DNA of 64,000 bases from Marinobacterium sp. (GTDB lineage Bacteria; Pseudomonadota; Gammaproteobacteria; Pseudomonadales; Balneatricaceae). The stretch lies in the NCBI GenBank assembly GCA_048264005.1, contig JBLXDP010000014.1:3565-67564 (forward strand). The letters are read 5' to 3'. Under the pieces are notes generated by a model. That model saw nothing but the letters and a program-made list of their open reading frames with translations, did no database searches and had not been told where the DNA came from. The translations under genes and the position numbers were made by a program. Of this stretch, positions 1 through 9,437 are shown in pieces; position 1 is the first letter of the stretch; each line of letters opens with the position of its first letter.

Positions 1-258
1 CAGCGTGAGATGAACGAATGGTACGTTAGATACGCTGACTCAATTACGGAGTGCGAACTTGCAGAGGCTGTTGAGTTTGAGTTCATTGGTGGAGGTTCGG
101 GGTGCATGAGTCGGCGGGACATACTTTTGCACGTTGTTAACCACAATACTTATCATCGGGGTCATGCGGCAGACATGCTGTACCACCTCAATATTTCTCC
201 TCCAACCACGGATCTGCCGGTGTTTCTTCAGCTGCAACCTGCAGGTTCCAGCAAGTGA
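1..258 (+). CDS. DinB/YfiT-family metal-dependent protein (5' truncated by window edge)
   Basis: Frame open from base 1; C-terminal HVVNHNTYHRGH His motif typical of DinB-like four-helix proteins. Confidence 0.75.
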   Translation, partial: QREMNEWYVRYADSITECELAEAVEFEFIGGGSGCMSRRDILLHVVNHNTYHRGHAADMLYHLNISPPTTDLPVFLQLQPAGSSK

Positions 259-343
259 TGCAAATTGGCTTATATGCTCCTGGAGCGTTGCGGTGACGGT
301 GCTTGGACTTTTTGGTGGGCTGAAAGGTATTTAGGAGAGTCGA

Positions 344-748
344 ATGGACAAGGCAGTCAAAGAGCGCTTTGATGAATATCCCGAGAATGCTCGTGCGCGG
401 TTAAGAGAGCTTAGAGATCTCGTCTTTAAAATTGCTTCAGATTTGGAGCTAGGCGAAGTCGAAGAATCTCTTAAGTGGGGTGAGCCTAGCTACAGTGTCA
501 AAAGAGGAAGTCCGCTTAGAATGGACTGGAAACTAAAGTCTCCCAATAACTATTATCTCTTCTTTCATTGCCAAACTAAGTTGGTCGATACATTCCGAGA
601 ATTGTATGGTGAAGATCTAGCGTTCGAAGGGAATAGAGCAATAGTGTTGTCGTTATCAGAGCCATTACCCAAAGCGACTATAAAGCGTTGTTTAGTGCTA
701 GCATTAACCTATCAGCAGCGGAAGCATTTACCTCTTCTTGGAGCCTGA
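344..748 (+). CDS. DUF1801 (YdhG-like) domain protein
   Basis: RLRELRDLVF...EESLKWGEPSY motif; GGAG RBS upstream. Confidence 0.8.
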   Translation: MDKAVKERFDEYPENARARLRELRDLVFKIASDLELGEVEESLKWGEPSYSVKRGSPLRMDWKLKSPNNYYLFFHCQTKLVDTFRELYGEDLAFEGNRAIVLSLSEPLPKATIKRCLVLALTYQQRKHLPLLGA

Positions 749-843
749 AGCTCTTATTCCATCCAGCCACGGATAGAAGAAGTAAAGCTGATTAAAAGCC
801 TTAAGCTACCTGGTTTTACCTCATATCTTCTACAGGGAAAGTT

Positions 844-1128
844 GTGAAAAAGCATCAAAGGAATGAAAAAACGGATGGGCCAATTGTTGGCTTTCTAATG
901 GGGCAGCTGGCCGCTGCTTTCTTTGCTGTTCCTACCGCAGCCTTATTGTGGCTCTCCACGAACAAGCATCTGGCCATATGGGGCCCAGCGGGTGCTTTTA
1001 TTGGGTCTTCAGGGTTTTGGCTAATCCTTGGTCTGTTTGCACTTATTTCTGTTTTTCTCCCTGATTTTTTCCCACATCTTCTGGGTAAAGTTTGGCGTGG
1101 GTTGGTCAAGTTTGAAAATTGGCTTTAA
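844..1128 (+). CDS. Hypothetical membrane protein (2 TM)
   Basis: 94-aa ORF, GTG start, two hydrophobic segments; no family recognised. Confidence 0.55.
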   Translation: MKKHQRNEKTDGPIVGFLMGQLAAAFFAVPTAALLWLSTNKHLAIWGPAGAFIGSSGFWLILGLFALISVFLPDFFPHLLGKVWRGLVKFENWL

Positions 1129-1267
1129 GTAATGGTTCTTGTTCTTTAACGAGTGTCAGAGCTGCATGTTGTTTACCTAAGGTAGAGAGGATTCAAACAT
1201 TGAATCGAACCGTATAGAGGTTATCAATGTGCGTTGAGTTCCTCTCCAAAATGGCTTGAAGCACTAA

Positions 1268-1804
1268 TCAGCGCTTAGGGGCCAGTAAGAAATCGTTAAT
1301 CTGAATTCTGCTACACGCATCTCCATATCCCAGTGTGTACTTCAAGGCAGGGTATACCTGCGCTGAACTTATACTGTATGCAATCGCGATGAGTCCCTTG
1401 GTTCCCCATAGGGCTCGTATTTTTTTACGTATCTCTTCTGCTTCCGGGTTGTGTGCAAGGCACATATCTGTGAATTGAGTCACTAAAGCGGTCGTTTCGG
1501 TCAATGCATCTAAATCAAGGTCAACAATTGCGCGGACAGTGCCGGGATCTACCTTCGCCTCAAGCGCCAGGTTTACAGCCAGTTGGGCGCATGGGCCGCA
1601 ATCGCCCCAAATGATTGCGCGTATTCTTGCAGCGGCAAGGGCCTCAGCCGGTACTTTGCTCGAATGTGATGCCATTAACTGGAATCCCATGTATTTCATG
1701 AATGCCAGCAGGTCGGCTGTCAGAATTTCCTGCATATAACGTACATCGTAGTCGTAGCGTTTTTTCATGCTGAGCAGCATTTTGTTCAGTAGGTATCTAA
1801 GCAT
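1268..1804 (-). CDS. AhpD/CMD-like protein with CxxC motif
   Basis: GDCGPCAQL motif in helical protein; lies downstream of the MFS gene on the same strand. Confidence 0.6.
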   Translation of the reverse strand: MLRYLLNKMLLSMKKRYDYDVRYMQEILTADLLAFMKYMGFQLMASHSSKVPAEALAAARIRAIIWGDCGPCAQLAVNLALEAKVDPGTVRAIVDLDLDALTETTALVTQFTDMCLAHNPEAEEIRKKIRALWGTKGLIAIAYSISSAQVYPALKYTLGYGDACSRIQINDFLLAPKR

Positions 1805-1854
1805 AAGAGTTCTCTGGTTCTTTTAATGGATTGTTTAATGAATGGTTGAGCTTT

Positions 1855-3048
1855 TCACTCATTCAGGGGAAGGCGTTCAGTGGCGTAACCAGAACCTTGT
1901 TCCAGCACTGGTTTTAGCAAGCACAGCAGGCTTGCAATAAAGACGGCGGCCAAGGCGAACAGCATCAGGGTATAGCTGCCCTCTTTAAGTAGAAGTGATG
2001 CGAGTAGTGGGCCTGTGGCCAGGCCTACATAGGCAGCGAGACCTGCTGTGGCGGAAAGGCGGCCACTGCCGTCCAGTTCAGCCGTCGTCGCCATTAGCCA
2101 GGCTTGTACGGCGGGCCAGACAAGAAACAGCAAAGCCATGGCCAGTACATACAGGGTGGTGAGGTGTGAATAGATCAACAGCAGTGGGGCGGTGACTGAT
2201 ATTACAATGCCTGCAATGATCCAGTTCAGGTGTTTAGTCTGGGTGCCGAGAATAACGGGGAGCATGGCGCCGCAGAGTCCGAGTAGACCTGTAGACGCAA
2301 TGTATTCGCTGGTCGTATTGGCCGCTAATCCTGCGTCGAGGCCGATCAAGCCTACATATGCCCAGATTCCACTCGCCGCTGTTTGATAACAGAAGATGGA
2401 GAGCAGAATGAATACCCCTGACATTGTGAGTGGACTTGATGCGTGCTTTGCCACGGCTTTTGCGGGCAGTGAAGGCAGAAGTGGCAGCAGCATTAAGCTT
2501 ACGCCGGACAGGCCTGCCATGAGGTAAAACACTGCATAGGGTCCCAGCATGCTTTCCAGGTGGGGCAATAGATAAATCACGAATGAGCCGAGGCAAAACT
2601 GGACCAGCAACAGCAGTCCGAAGGCTCGGTCTGCATTGTAAAAGCGTGCCAGTACAGCCAAACCAATGCCTACACATATACCGCCGCACACCCCGGCTAT
2701 AAAGCGCCCAGCGACCATGTCTATGTAGCTGCTCAGAAGAGGCGTGCATAGGTCAATTCCAGCCAGCAGGCAGAAGGAGAGCGCGAGTATCCGTTGCCAT
2801 TTGATGCGCTGAATCAGCAATATCGCAATGGTGCTGCCCAGAATGCCACCATAGCCATTGAAGGCCACAATGTGACCGGCCTGGGTATCGCTAAAGCCAA
2901 TGCCGCCAGCCAATGCCGTTATCACACCGGGCAGGAAGTTAATGTATGCCAAGCCGGCCATTGCCACGAATGCCATCAGGCAATAGGCCAGAGTGCTTTG
3001 TTGGGAAGGGTGGCAGGGTGTTGGGTTGAAGGGCGAAGTCGTATCCAT
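1855..3048 (-). CDS. MFS transporter
   Basis: 397 aa, about 12 hydrophobic segments, GRFIAG motif. Confidence 0.85.
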   Translation of the reverse strand: MDTTSPFNPTPCHPSQQSTLAYCLMAFVAMAGLAYINFLPGVITALAGGIGFSDTQAGHIVAFNGYGGILGSTIAILLIQRIKWQRILALSFCLLAGIDLCTPLLSSYIDMVAGRFIAGVCGGICVGIGLAVLARFYNADRAFGLLLLVQFCLGSFVIYLLPHLESMLGPYAVFYLMAGLSGVSLMLLPLLPSLPAKAVAKHASSPLTMSGVFILLSIFCYQTAASGIWAYVGLIGLDAGLAANTTSEYIASTGLLGLCGAMLPVILGTQTKHLNWIIAGIVISVTAPLLLIYSHLTTLYVLAMALLFLVWPAVQAWLMATTAELDGSGRLSATAGLAAYVGLATGPLLASLLLKEGSYTLMLFALAAVFIASLLCLLKPVLEQGSGYATERLPLNE

Positions 3049-3130
3049 AACTATCCATTCATTGTGAAGATTTGCCCCAATTCTATTGACCTGCCAGTCG
3101 GGGTGAATCTGGGTGATATCCCAAATAGTC

Positions 3131-3145
3131 GTGAATACTCTTCAT
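3131..3145. promoter_or_regulatory. Candidate LysR-type recognition site (T-N11-A with TGAA-N5-TTCA dyad)
   Basis: GTGAATACTCTTCAT between the divergent MFS and LysR genes. Confidence 0.45.
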
Positions 3146-3169
3146 GAATCTTGTTGCTATACTCGCCCA

Positions 3170-4162
3170 ATGGATAAATTACGGTCACTGGACATTTTTT
3201 TAGCTGCCTGCGATGCAGGCAGTTTTGCGGCCGCTGCCAGGCAATGCGGCAGTGATCCTTCAACCGTCAGCAAAGCGGTGAGTCGACTGGAAGCAGATCT
3301 GGGTCTCACGCTGTTTCAGCGTTCTACTCGCCAATTGCGAGTGACGGCAGCGGGCCAGCGCTATGCGGAAACAGTCCGCAAAATGATGCAGGATCTGTCC
3401 TGTTGTGAAGAGGAATTAAAGCAATCAAATAGTGCGCCCAGTGGCATTTTGCGGATCAACTCTGCGGTTTGTTACGGCCATCTTTACTTGCGCCCCTTGT
3501 TGCGAGCGTTTTGTCTTCGTTACCCGGATATCACGCTTGATTTGCAGATCAGTGATCTGCATGCGGATATCATCGACAACGAAATCGATGTGGCGCTTCG
3601 CACCGGTTTTGTTAAGGACAGCCGTTTGGTTGCACGACGCCTGAGCCCCATGGATTTTCTTGTTTGTGCGTCACCGAATTATCTCAATGAGCAAGGTATA
3701 CCCAGCTGTCCCGAAGATTTTCACGCGCATGCCTGGATAGGGTTTCGCATCAAAGAAACTCAACAGCTGCAACCGATCTATTTGCCAGATACCTCGGGGG
3801 ACTATAAGCCCTTTGATCTCGACCGTCGTTTTATCACTGACGATGGTGAGGCGATGGCGCACATGTGTATTGATGGTATGGGGTTTGCCCAGTTACCCCA
3901 CTTCCTGGCGAAAGAGGGGTTGGAAAGTGGTGCGCTCGTTTCACTTTATCCCAGCTTCAGGCCTTCAGATCCGGCCAGTGGTGTGTTTGCCATTTACCCT
4001 AAACGCGAATACTTGCCGGCAAAAGTCCGAGTCTTTATCAACTTTCTGGCAGAAGCCCTGGAAGAGAGGGGTGAGGGAGCAAATCATACTTGGGCAGAGG
4101 AGTGGCCGTCGTTAGCCTGTACGACATTGCCAGCAGCCTGCAAGGCCAATCTGTCATCATGA
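3170..4162 (+). CDS. LysR-family transcriptional regulator (CrgA/DmlR-like)
   Basis: N-terminal HTH GSFAAAARQ...STVSKAVSRLEADLG...LFQRSTR; substrate-binding domain; ATG 3170 chosen. Confidence 0.92.
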   Translation: MDKLRSLDIFLAACDAGSFAAAARQCGSDPSTVSKAVSRLEADLGLTLFQRSTRQLRVTAAGQRYAETVRKMMQDLSCCEEELKQSNSAPSGILRINSAVCYGHLYLRPLLRAFCLRYPDITLDLQISDLHADIIDNEIDVALRTGFVKDSRLVARRLSPMDFLVCASPNYLNEQGIPSCPEDFHAHAWIGFRIKETQQLQPIYLPDTSGDYKPFDLDRRFITDDGEAMAHMCIDGMGFAQLPHFLAKEGLESGALVSLYPSFRPSDPASGVFAIYPKREYLPAKVRVFINFLAEALEERGEGANHTWAEEWPSLACTTLPAACKANLSS

Positions 4163-4240
4163 AAGGATCTGTGCTTTTTGTAGTGCTGTTTCAGGTTTCA
4201 TTAGTACGTTAAACCTGTGTTATCGAGTCAGGAGGTGTGG

Positions 4241-5185
4241 GTGAAAATTGCGATATTGGATGACTATCAAAACGCTGTAAATGGGCTGGAGTGCTATGAG
4301 CTTTTGGCCGAACATGAAGTAAGTGTATTCACGGAGACCTTTTCAGAGTCTGAGCTGATTTCCAGGCTTGCAGACTTTGAAGCGCTTGTTTTGATTCGTG
4401 AGCGAACTGTCATCACGGAATCACTGCTGGCGAATCTGCCGAAGTTAAAGCTGATCAGCCAAACCGGGAAGGTCAGTAACCATATCGATCCTGCAGTATG
4501 TAAGCGATATGGTGTTGAGGTTCTGGAGGGTGTTGGCTCGCCTGTTGCGCCTTCGGAGCTGTGTTGGGCGTTGCTGATGGCTGCCATGCGTCATATTCCT
4601 GCTTATGCTGCCAACTTACACAATGACCGTTGGCAAGACTCTGGTGAGTTGGGGCTAGGTCGTACGCTGAGTGGCCTGAAGCTGGGTATTTGGGGGTACG
4701 GCAAAATTGGGCAGCGCATTGCTCAATACGCACGAGCTTTTGATATGCAGGTTTTAGTCTGGGGTAGTGAAGGCTCCCGAGAAAAAGCTCTGGCTGATGG
4801 CTTTGAAGCAGCCGCTACCCGGCAAGCTTTCTTTGCGGACTCGGATATCGTTTCTTTGCACTTGCGTTTGAATGACGTCACGCATGCCTGTGTTACCGCT
4901 CAAGACCTTCAATTGATGAAGACGGACTCTCTTTTTCTGAATATCAGCCGTGCCGAACTGGTCGAATCATCAGCTTTGTATAATGAATTGGTCAGGGTGC
5001 CAACTAAACGAGCGGCACTTGATGTGTTTGATGTTGAACCGGCCAGCTCCAGCAATGAGCCTTTGCTGTCTTTGCCTAACGTTATCGCTACGCCTCATCT
5101 GGGTTACGTTGAAAAGAACAGTTATGAGCTGTACTTCAGGGTCGCATTTGAAAATATTCTGAATTTTTGTGAAACCTCCCAGTAA
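4241..5185 (+). CDS. D-2-hydroxyacid dehydrogenase family protein
   Basis: GIWGYGKIG Rossmann motif, NISRAELV, ALDVF, TPHLGY; GTG start after GGAGG. Confidence 0.9.
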   Translation: MKIAILDDYQNAVNGLECYELLAEHEVSVFTETFSESELISRLADFEALVLIRERTVITESLLANLPKLKLISQTGKVSNHIDPAVCKRYGVEVLEGVGSPVAPSELCWALLMAAMRHIPAYAANLHNDRWQDSGELGLGRTLSGLKLGIWGYGKIGQRIAQYARAFDMQVLVWGSEGSREKALADGFEAAATRQAFFADSDIVSLHLRLNDVTHACVTAQDLQLMKTDSLFLNISRAELVESSALYNELVRVPTKRAALDVFDVEPASSSNEPLLSLPNVIATPHLGYVEKNSYELYFRVAFENILNFCETSQ

Positions 5186-5232
5186 GGATAGCTGCACACT
5201 GACCTGCTGGTGCCCAATATAAGGATATACGG

Positions 5233-5631
5233 ATGAAGCATTATGAAGGATCCTGCTTGTGTGGTGCTGTTGCTTATCAGGTTCAGGGAGCGTTTGACTG
5301 CTTTTATCTTTGTCATTGCCAACACTGTCAAAAGGATACGGGGTCGGCGCATGCGGCCAATCTTTTTGCTCAATCTGCCAAGCTTATCTGGAAACAGGGG
5401 GAGGCTCTGGTTACGACTTTCTCTTTGCCGGGAACTCGTCACCGCAAAAGCTTTTGCAGCTGCTGCGGTTCTGCTTTACCGGTAATGGACGGTGGTTGTC
5501 TTGTTGTCCCGGCAGGCAGTTTGGATACCCCGTTATCACTGCAACCTACGGCACACATCTTTAACTCGAGTCGCGCTGAGTGGGATGCTGCATTGGAGAA
5601 GGTTGTCAGCTTTGAAGGCCTTCCTGAATAA
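5233..5631 (+). CDS. GFA (CENP-V) family Zn protein
   Basis: GSCLCG...CHCQHCQK...FCSCCGS. Confidence 0.88.
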   Translation: MKHYEGSCLCGAVAYQVQGAFDCFYLCHCQHCQKDTGSAHAANLFAQSAKLIWKQGEALVTTFSLPGTRHRKSFCSCCGSALPVMDGGCLVVPAGSLDTPLSLQPTAHIFNSSRAEWDAALEKVVSFEGLPE

Positions 5632-5711
5632 CAGTGATTGAGGGTGATGCTCGAAATAGAGGTTTTCAGGGCCTATGATGTCACTTTTAGTTTGCTGAAG
5701 AAGTTTGTCTT

Positions 5712-6047
5712 ATGTCTTTACCGCCTTGCCCGTTGTGCCAGTCAGAATATGTTTATCAGGATCAGGTGAATTTTGTGTGCCCGGAGTGTGGCCATGAATG
5801 GAATCCTGCTGAGGTTGAGGTGGATGACTCACCAACGGTTAAAGATGCCAACGGCACGCTGCTACGTGAAGGCGATAAGGTTACCCTGGCGAAAGATCTT
5901 AAAGTGAAAGGGAGTTCGTTGGTGCTGAAAATCGGTACTAAGGCCTTGATTCGTCGTATCGTGGTTGGCAAAGACCATCAGCTGGATTGCAAGGTAGATG
6001 GTGCAGGTGAAATGATGGTCACGGCCCAGTTTGTGAAAAAGGCATGA
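5712..6047 (+). CDS. yjdM: PhnA/YjdM zinc-ribbon protein
   Basis: PPCPLC...CPECGHEW...VKDANG...GDKVTLAKDLKVKGSS. Confidence 0.88.
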   Translation: MSLPPCPLCQSEYVYQDQVNFVCPECGHEWNPAEVEVDDSPTVKDANGTLLREGDKVTLAKDLKVKGSSLVLKIGTKALIRRIVVGKDHQLDCKVDGAGEMMVTAQFVKKA

Positions 6048-6081
6048 TGCAAGACATGCAAGGCCAAAACAGGGATTGAAT

Positions 6082-7140
6082 ATGAACGTTCGTGTTACTG
6101 CTTTTGCGGTGCTAGTGATGGGAACCGCGGTACCAGTTCTCGCTGAAAACCCTGAAGAGAGGGCCTCTGGGGTGTCACCCTGGCTGGTAGTACCGATGGT
6201 AAGCAGCAACCCCAAGGTAGGGACTTCATCGGGCGGCATGACAGGCTATCTGTTCAAGCTGGACCCTGAATCGACCTCCTCCATGGTAGGGGTGGGTGGA
6301 ACCTTCAGTACCACCGATTCCTTTGGCCTTGGCGTTTTTCTGCGGACGTTTTGGGACCAGGATCGCAAGCGTTTAACAATCTTTGGGGGCGGGGGCAAGA
6401 TTAATAATGACTACGAAGACTTTCTGGGGTCCGGTCTTTCTGCTCAAACCACGGATAGCTTGAAAGCGTTCCAGCTCAAATACATGCAGCAAGTTCAGGG
6501 TGATTGGTATGCCGGTTTCCAGGCGACATATACCAACTACCTGATTTTCTCTGAAAATGGCAGCGTGAACGATTACCTTAATCTGATGGGCTTAACCGGC
6601 TTCGATTCCGTGGGTGTCGGCCTGGTCGGTATGTACGACTCGCGCAACAACAAAAATACGCCTACATCGGGTATCAAGTTTCAGGTCGATAACTTTGCCT
6701 ATCGGGAATCCCTGGGCGGTGAAGAAAGCTTCGATGTGTACAAAGCAAAGTTCCGTCATTACCTTCCTCAGAAGAATGGCCATGTTCTGGCGTATCGAGT
6801 GGATGGTCGCTGGACTGATGATGCCAGTACAGGGGCATACTCCAGCGTCGATCTGCGTGGCTATACACAAGGTCAATATCTATCGCCCCATGCCTCACTG
6901 GTCGAGGTTGAACAACGCTGGCGCCTGCGTGAACGCTTTGGGGTGAATCTGTTTGCCGGCCTTGCCTGTCTTTATGGTGGTGGCAACTCCTGCACTGACT
7001 CCAATAACCTCTATCCCTCAGTGGGTGTGGGTGGCCAATTCCTGATCAATAAAGCAGAGCAGATGTCGATGAGCTTCGACTTTGCGGTCGGGAAAGAGGG
7101 CAACAACGGTTTGTATATGCGCTTTGGGCAGGCATTTTGA
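6082..7140 (+). CDS. BamA/TamA (Omp85)-family outer-membrane beta-barrel without POTRA domains
   Basis: Signal peptide, amphipathic beta pattern, DLRGY loop motif, C-terminal YMRFGQAF beta-signal. Confidence 0.7.
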   Translation: MNVRVTAFAVLVMGTAVPVLAENPEERASGVSPWLVVPMVSSNPKVGTSSGGMTGYLFKLDPESTSSMVGVGGTFSTTDSFGLGVFLRTFWDQDRKRLTIFGGGGKINNDYEDFLGSGLSAQTTDSLKAFQLKYMQQVQGDWYAGFQATYTNYLIFSENGSVNDYLNLMGLTGFDSVGVGLVGMYDSRNNKNTPTSGIKFQVDNFAYRESLGGEESFDVYKAKFRHYLPQKNGHVLAYRVDGRWTDDASTGAYSSVDLRGYTQGQYLSPHASLVEVEQRWRLRERFGVNLFAGLACLYGGGNSCTDSNNLYPSVGVGGQFLINKAEQMSMSFDFAVGKEGNNGLYMRFGQAF

Positions 7141-7571
7141 AGGACATTAACTTGAAAGAGAGTACCTATTCGGGGTCCTGTTTATGTGGTGGCGTGAGGT
7201 TTTCAGTAACCGGTTTTAGCCCCAAAGCCGCTAACTGTCATTGTTCCATGTGCCGGAAATTTCACGGTGCAGCCTTCGGGACGCTTGTCGAAGTGGACGG
7301 TTTGCTTTGGCAATCTGGCAAGTCTCTTCTACAGGACTATGTTGCTCCGAACGGTACGACACGAACGTTCTGTAAAGCCTGTGGTTCGAGTATTGGCTTC
7401 AGGGTTAAGGGCGCTCCAATGGACGCTATGGAATTGGCGATTGCTACTTTTGATACTGTCATTCCAGTCACCATTGATGCGCAAATCTACACCCGCTACA
7501 AAGCAAACTGGTGCGCGCTCCAATCCGATATTCCAGCTTTTCAAGACGGGCGTGACGATCAGCATGGATGA
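7137..7571 (+). CDS. GFA (CENP-V) family Zn protein
   Basis: GSCLCG...CHCSMCRK...FCKACGS; TTG start overlaps the previous stop. Confidence 0.88.
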   Translation: MKDINLKESTYSGSCLCGGVRFSVTGFSPKAANCHCSMCRKFHGAAFGTLVEVDGLLWQSGKSLLQDYVAPNGTTRTFCKACGSSIGFRVKGAPMDAMELAIATFDTVIPVTIDAQIYTRYKANWCALQSDIPAFQDGRDDQHG

Positions 7572-7593
7572 CATACTCAGGTGACGGCTAAAA

Positions 7594-8343
7594 ATGGATA
7601 GAAGACTTAGGGTGAGCCTGCCACAAGTGCCTGTGTTCAAGGGGGATTTTCAACGCAACCTTGAGCTACACGTTGAGATGTTGCGACGTTCTGCACAAGT
7701 TGGCGCAGATTTGGTCGTGTTTCCTGAGTTGTCATTGACGGGATATGAGCTGGAGTTGTTGAAGGCTCTTGCCGTTCCCCCATCAGCTGAACACTTTGCT
7801 GAACTCTCCAATGCGGCAGTGGAGCATAACACCGTGGTGATTGCGGGCTGTCCACTGGTGCAAGATGGCGAAAGCATGCCTGCGATTGGTGCTGTGATCT
7901 GCTATCCCGATGCGCGGGTTGAGTGCTATTTCAAACAGTACTTGCATGAGGGCGAAGGGAACCATTGTTCAGCAGGCCGTTCAGATTATGTGTTCGAATT
8001 GAATGGATATCGTCTTGCGCTGGCAATATGTGCTGATTTTGCAAATCCTTTGCATGCTCGGGACGCTGCAGAGCAGGGTGCCGATCTATATCTGGTCAGC
8101 GCCTTGATCTCGGAAACGGGCTACGAGCCGGATAGTGAGATTTTGTCTCGCTTGGCACAGCACCATCAAATGCCTGTGATGCTCAGTAATCACATCTCCC
8201 GAACGGGTGGTTGGGATACGTTTGGCCACAATGCAGTCTGGGATGCGACGGGCAAGAGGGCACTCAGCACAAACTCCAGAGACAGCTGTATGTTGTTATG
8301 CACCCTCGAAGGACAGAACATTCAGGCAGAGGTCTACCCATAA
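7594..8343 (+). CDS. Carbon-nitrogen hydrolase (nitrilase superfamily)
   Basis: Catalytic triad contexts FPELSL, YFKQYL, ICADF. Confidence 0.88.
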   Translation: MDRRLRVSLPQVPVFKGDFQRNLELHVEMLRRSAQVGADLVVFPELSLTGYELELLKALAVPPSAEHFAELSNAAVEHNTVVIAGCPLVQDGESMPAIGAVICYPDARVECYFKQYLHEGEGNHCSAGRSDYVFELNGYRLALAICADFANPLHARDAAEQGADLYLVSALISETGYEPDSEILSRLAQHHQMPVMLSNHISRTGGWDTFGHNAVWDATGKRALSTNSRDSCMLLCTLEGQNIQAEVYP

Positions 8344-8522
8344 TCCTGAGTAGCAAGAAGCGCTCATGTTTCCTCTAGCCTGGCTGTTGCGTTAATGAAG
8401 CCGCGATAAAGTGCGCTTGTTGGGTGAAGCGTTTGGGGTTTTCGTCTATGGTTTTTGCTGGGCTGCTGACTTTCGAAAGACTGCAACCTTTACAGATCAA
8501 ACCAAAACCAGGGCAGGTATTC

Positions 8523-9359
8523 ATGAACAGTATTTCCAAGGCTACAACGTTTAGCAGAACCGTTTTCCTGTGCGCGGGTATTGTCGCTGTTTCAGGTTGT
8601 GCCAACCTGAGCTCGGGTAGCAAGCCTGAGCCGGTTGCAGAGATTCATCCCGGATATCTGATGGGCTATTTGTCAGAATCTGAACTACCCAATAGTTTGG
8701 CGTTGTTACCCAGTGCGCCTGATGAAGGATCAGCGACGTTTCAGTTAGATAAGAGTTTCGCGCAGGAGATGCTTGGCCTGAGAGGGACGCCTCGTTGGGA
8801 ACTGGCTGCTCTGGATGCGGATCTGAGCTTCCCCAATGCGGCAGGTACGTATTCCTGTGCTCTGGATGCTCCTGTTAGTGAAGAATTAACACCTCATTTG
8901 TACCAGTTACTGCGTCGCACGCTTACGGATGCGGGGCTCTCTACCTATTCGGCCAAAAATCATTACAACCGTACCCGTCCATTTATGATGAACGGCGAGC
9001 CTACTTGCAGCCCGGGAGATGAAGCCGCTTTGAGAAAAGACGGCTCTTATCCATCGGGTCACACGTCAATCGGCTGGAGCTGGGCGCTGGTGCTGGCAGA
9101 GCTGGCGCCGGAAAAAGCAGATGCAATATTGGCACGGGGTCTGGCGTTTGGTGAAAGCCGAAATGTGTGCAATGTGCATTGGCACAGTGATGTGGTGCAG
9201 GGCCGAATAGTTGCAACCGCTACGGTCGCACGTTTGCATGCGGACTCAGAATTCCAGGCCGATATGAAAGCTGCAAAAGCTGAGTTGGACGCCGTACGAG
9301 CGCAAGGGATTGCTCCGACGAGAGATTGTTCAGTGGAGTCGGCGGCACTGGCTCAATAA
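8523..9359 (+). CDS. phoC: Class A non-specific acid phosphatase (PAP2), lipoprotein
   Basis: Lipobox VSGC; KNHYNRTRP, SYPSGH and SRNVCNVHWHSD PAP2 motifs. Confidence 0.88.
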   Translation: MNSISKATTFSRTVFLCAGIVAVSGCANLSSGSKPEPVAEIHPGYLMGYLSESELPNSLALLPSAPDEGSATFQLDKSFAQEMLGLRGTPRWELAALDADLSFPNAAGTYSCALDAPVSEELTPHLYQLLRRTLTDAGLSTYSAKNHYNRTRPFMMNGEPTCSPGDEAALRKDGSYPSGHTSIGWSWALVLAELAPEKADAILARGLAFGESRNVCNVHWHSDVVQGRIVATATVARLHADSEFQADMKAAKAELDAVRAQGIAPTRDCSVESAALAQ

Positions 9360-9437
9360 TTGGTATAGCTAAATAGATGGAGGCGAGCCAGCAGGTGGTC
9401 GGCTGCTGGCTGCTTGAGGTGAAGACAGGAGTCCCTG

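Noticed and set aside
9386-9411. 9-bp hairpin between phoC and the LRR gene as a terminator or sRNA
   Set aside because: No U-tract and no further structure; insufficient evidence to call
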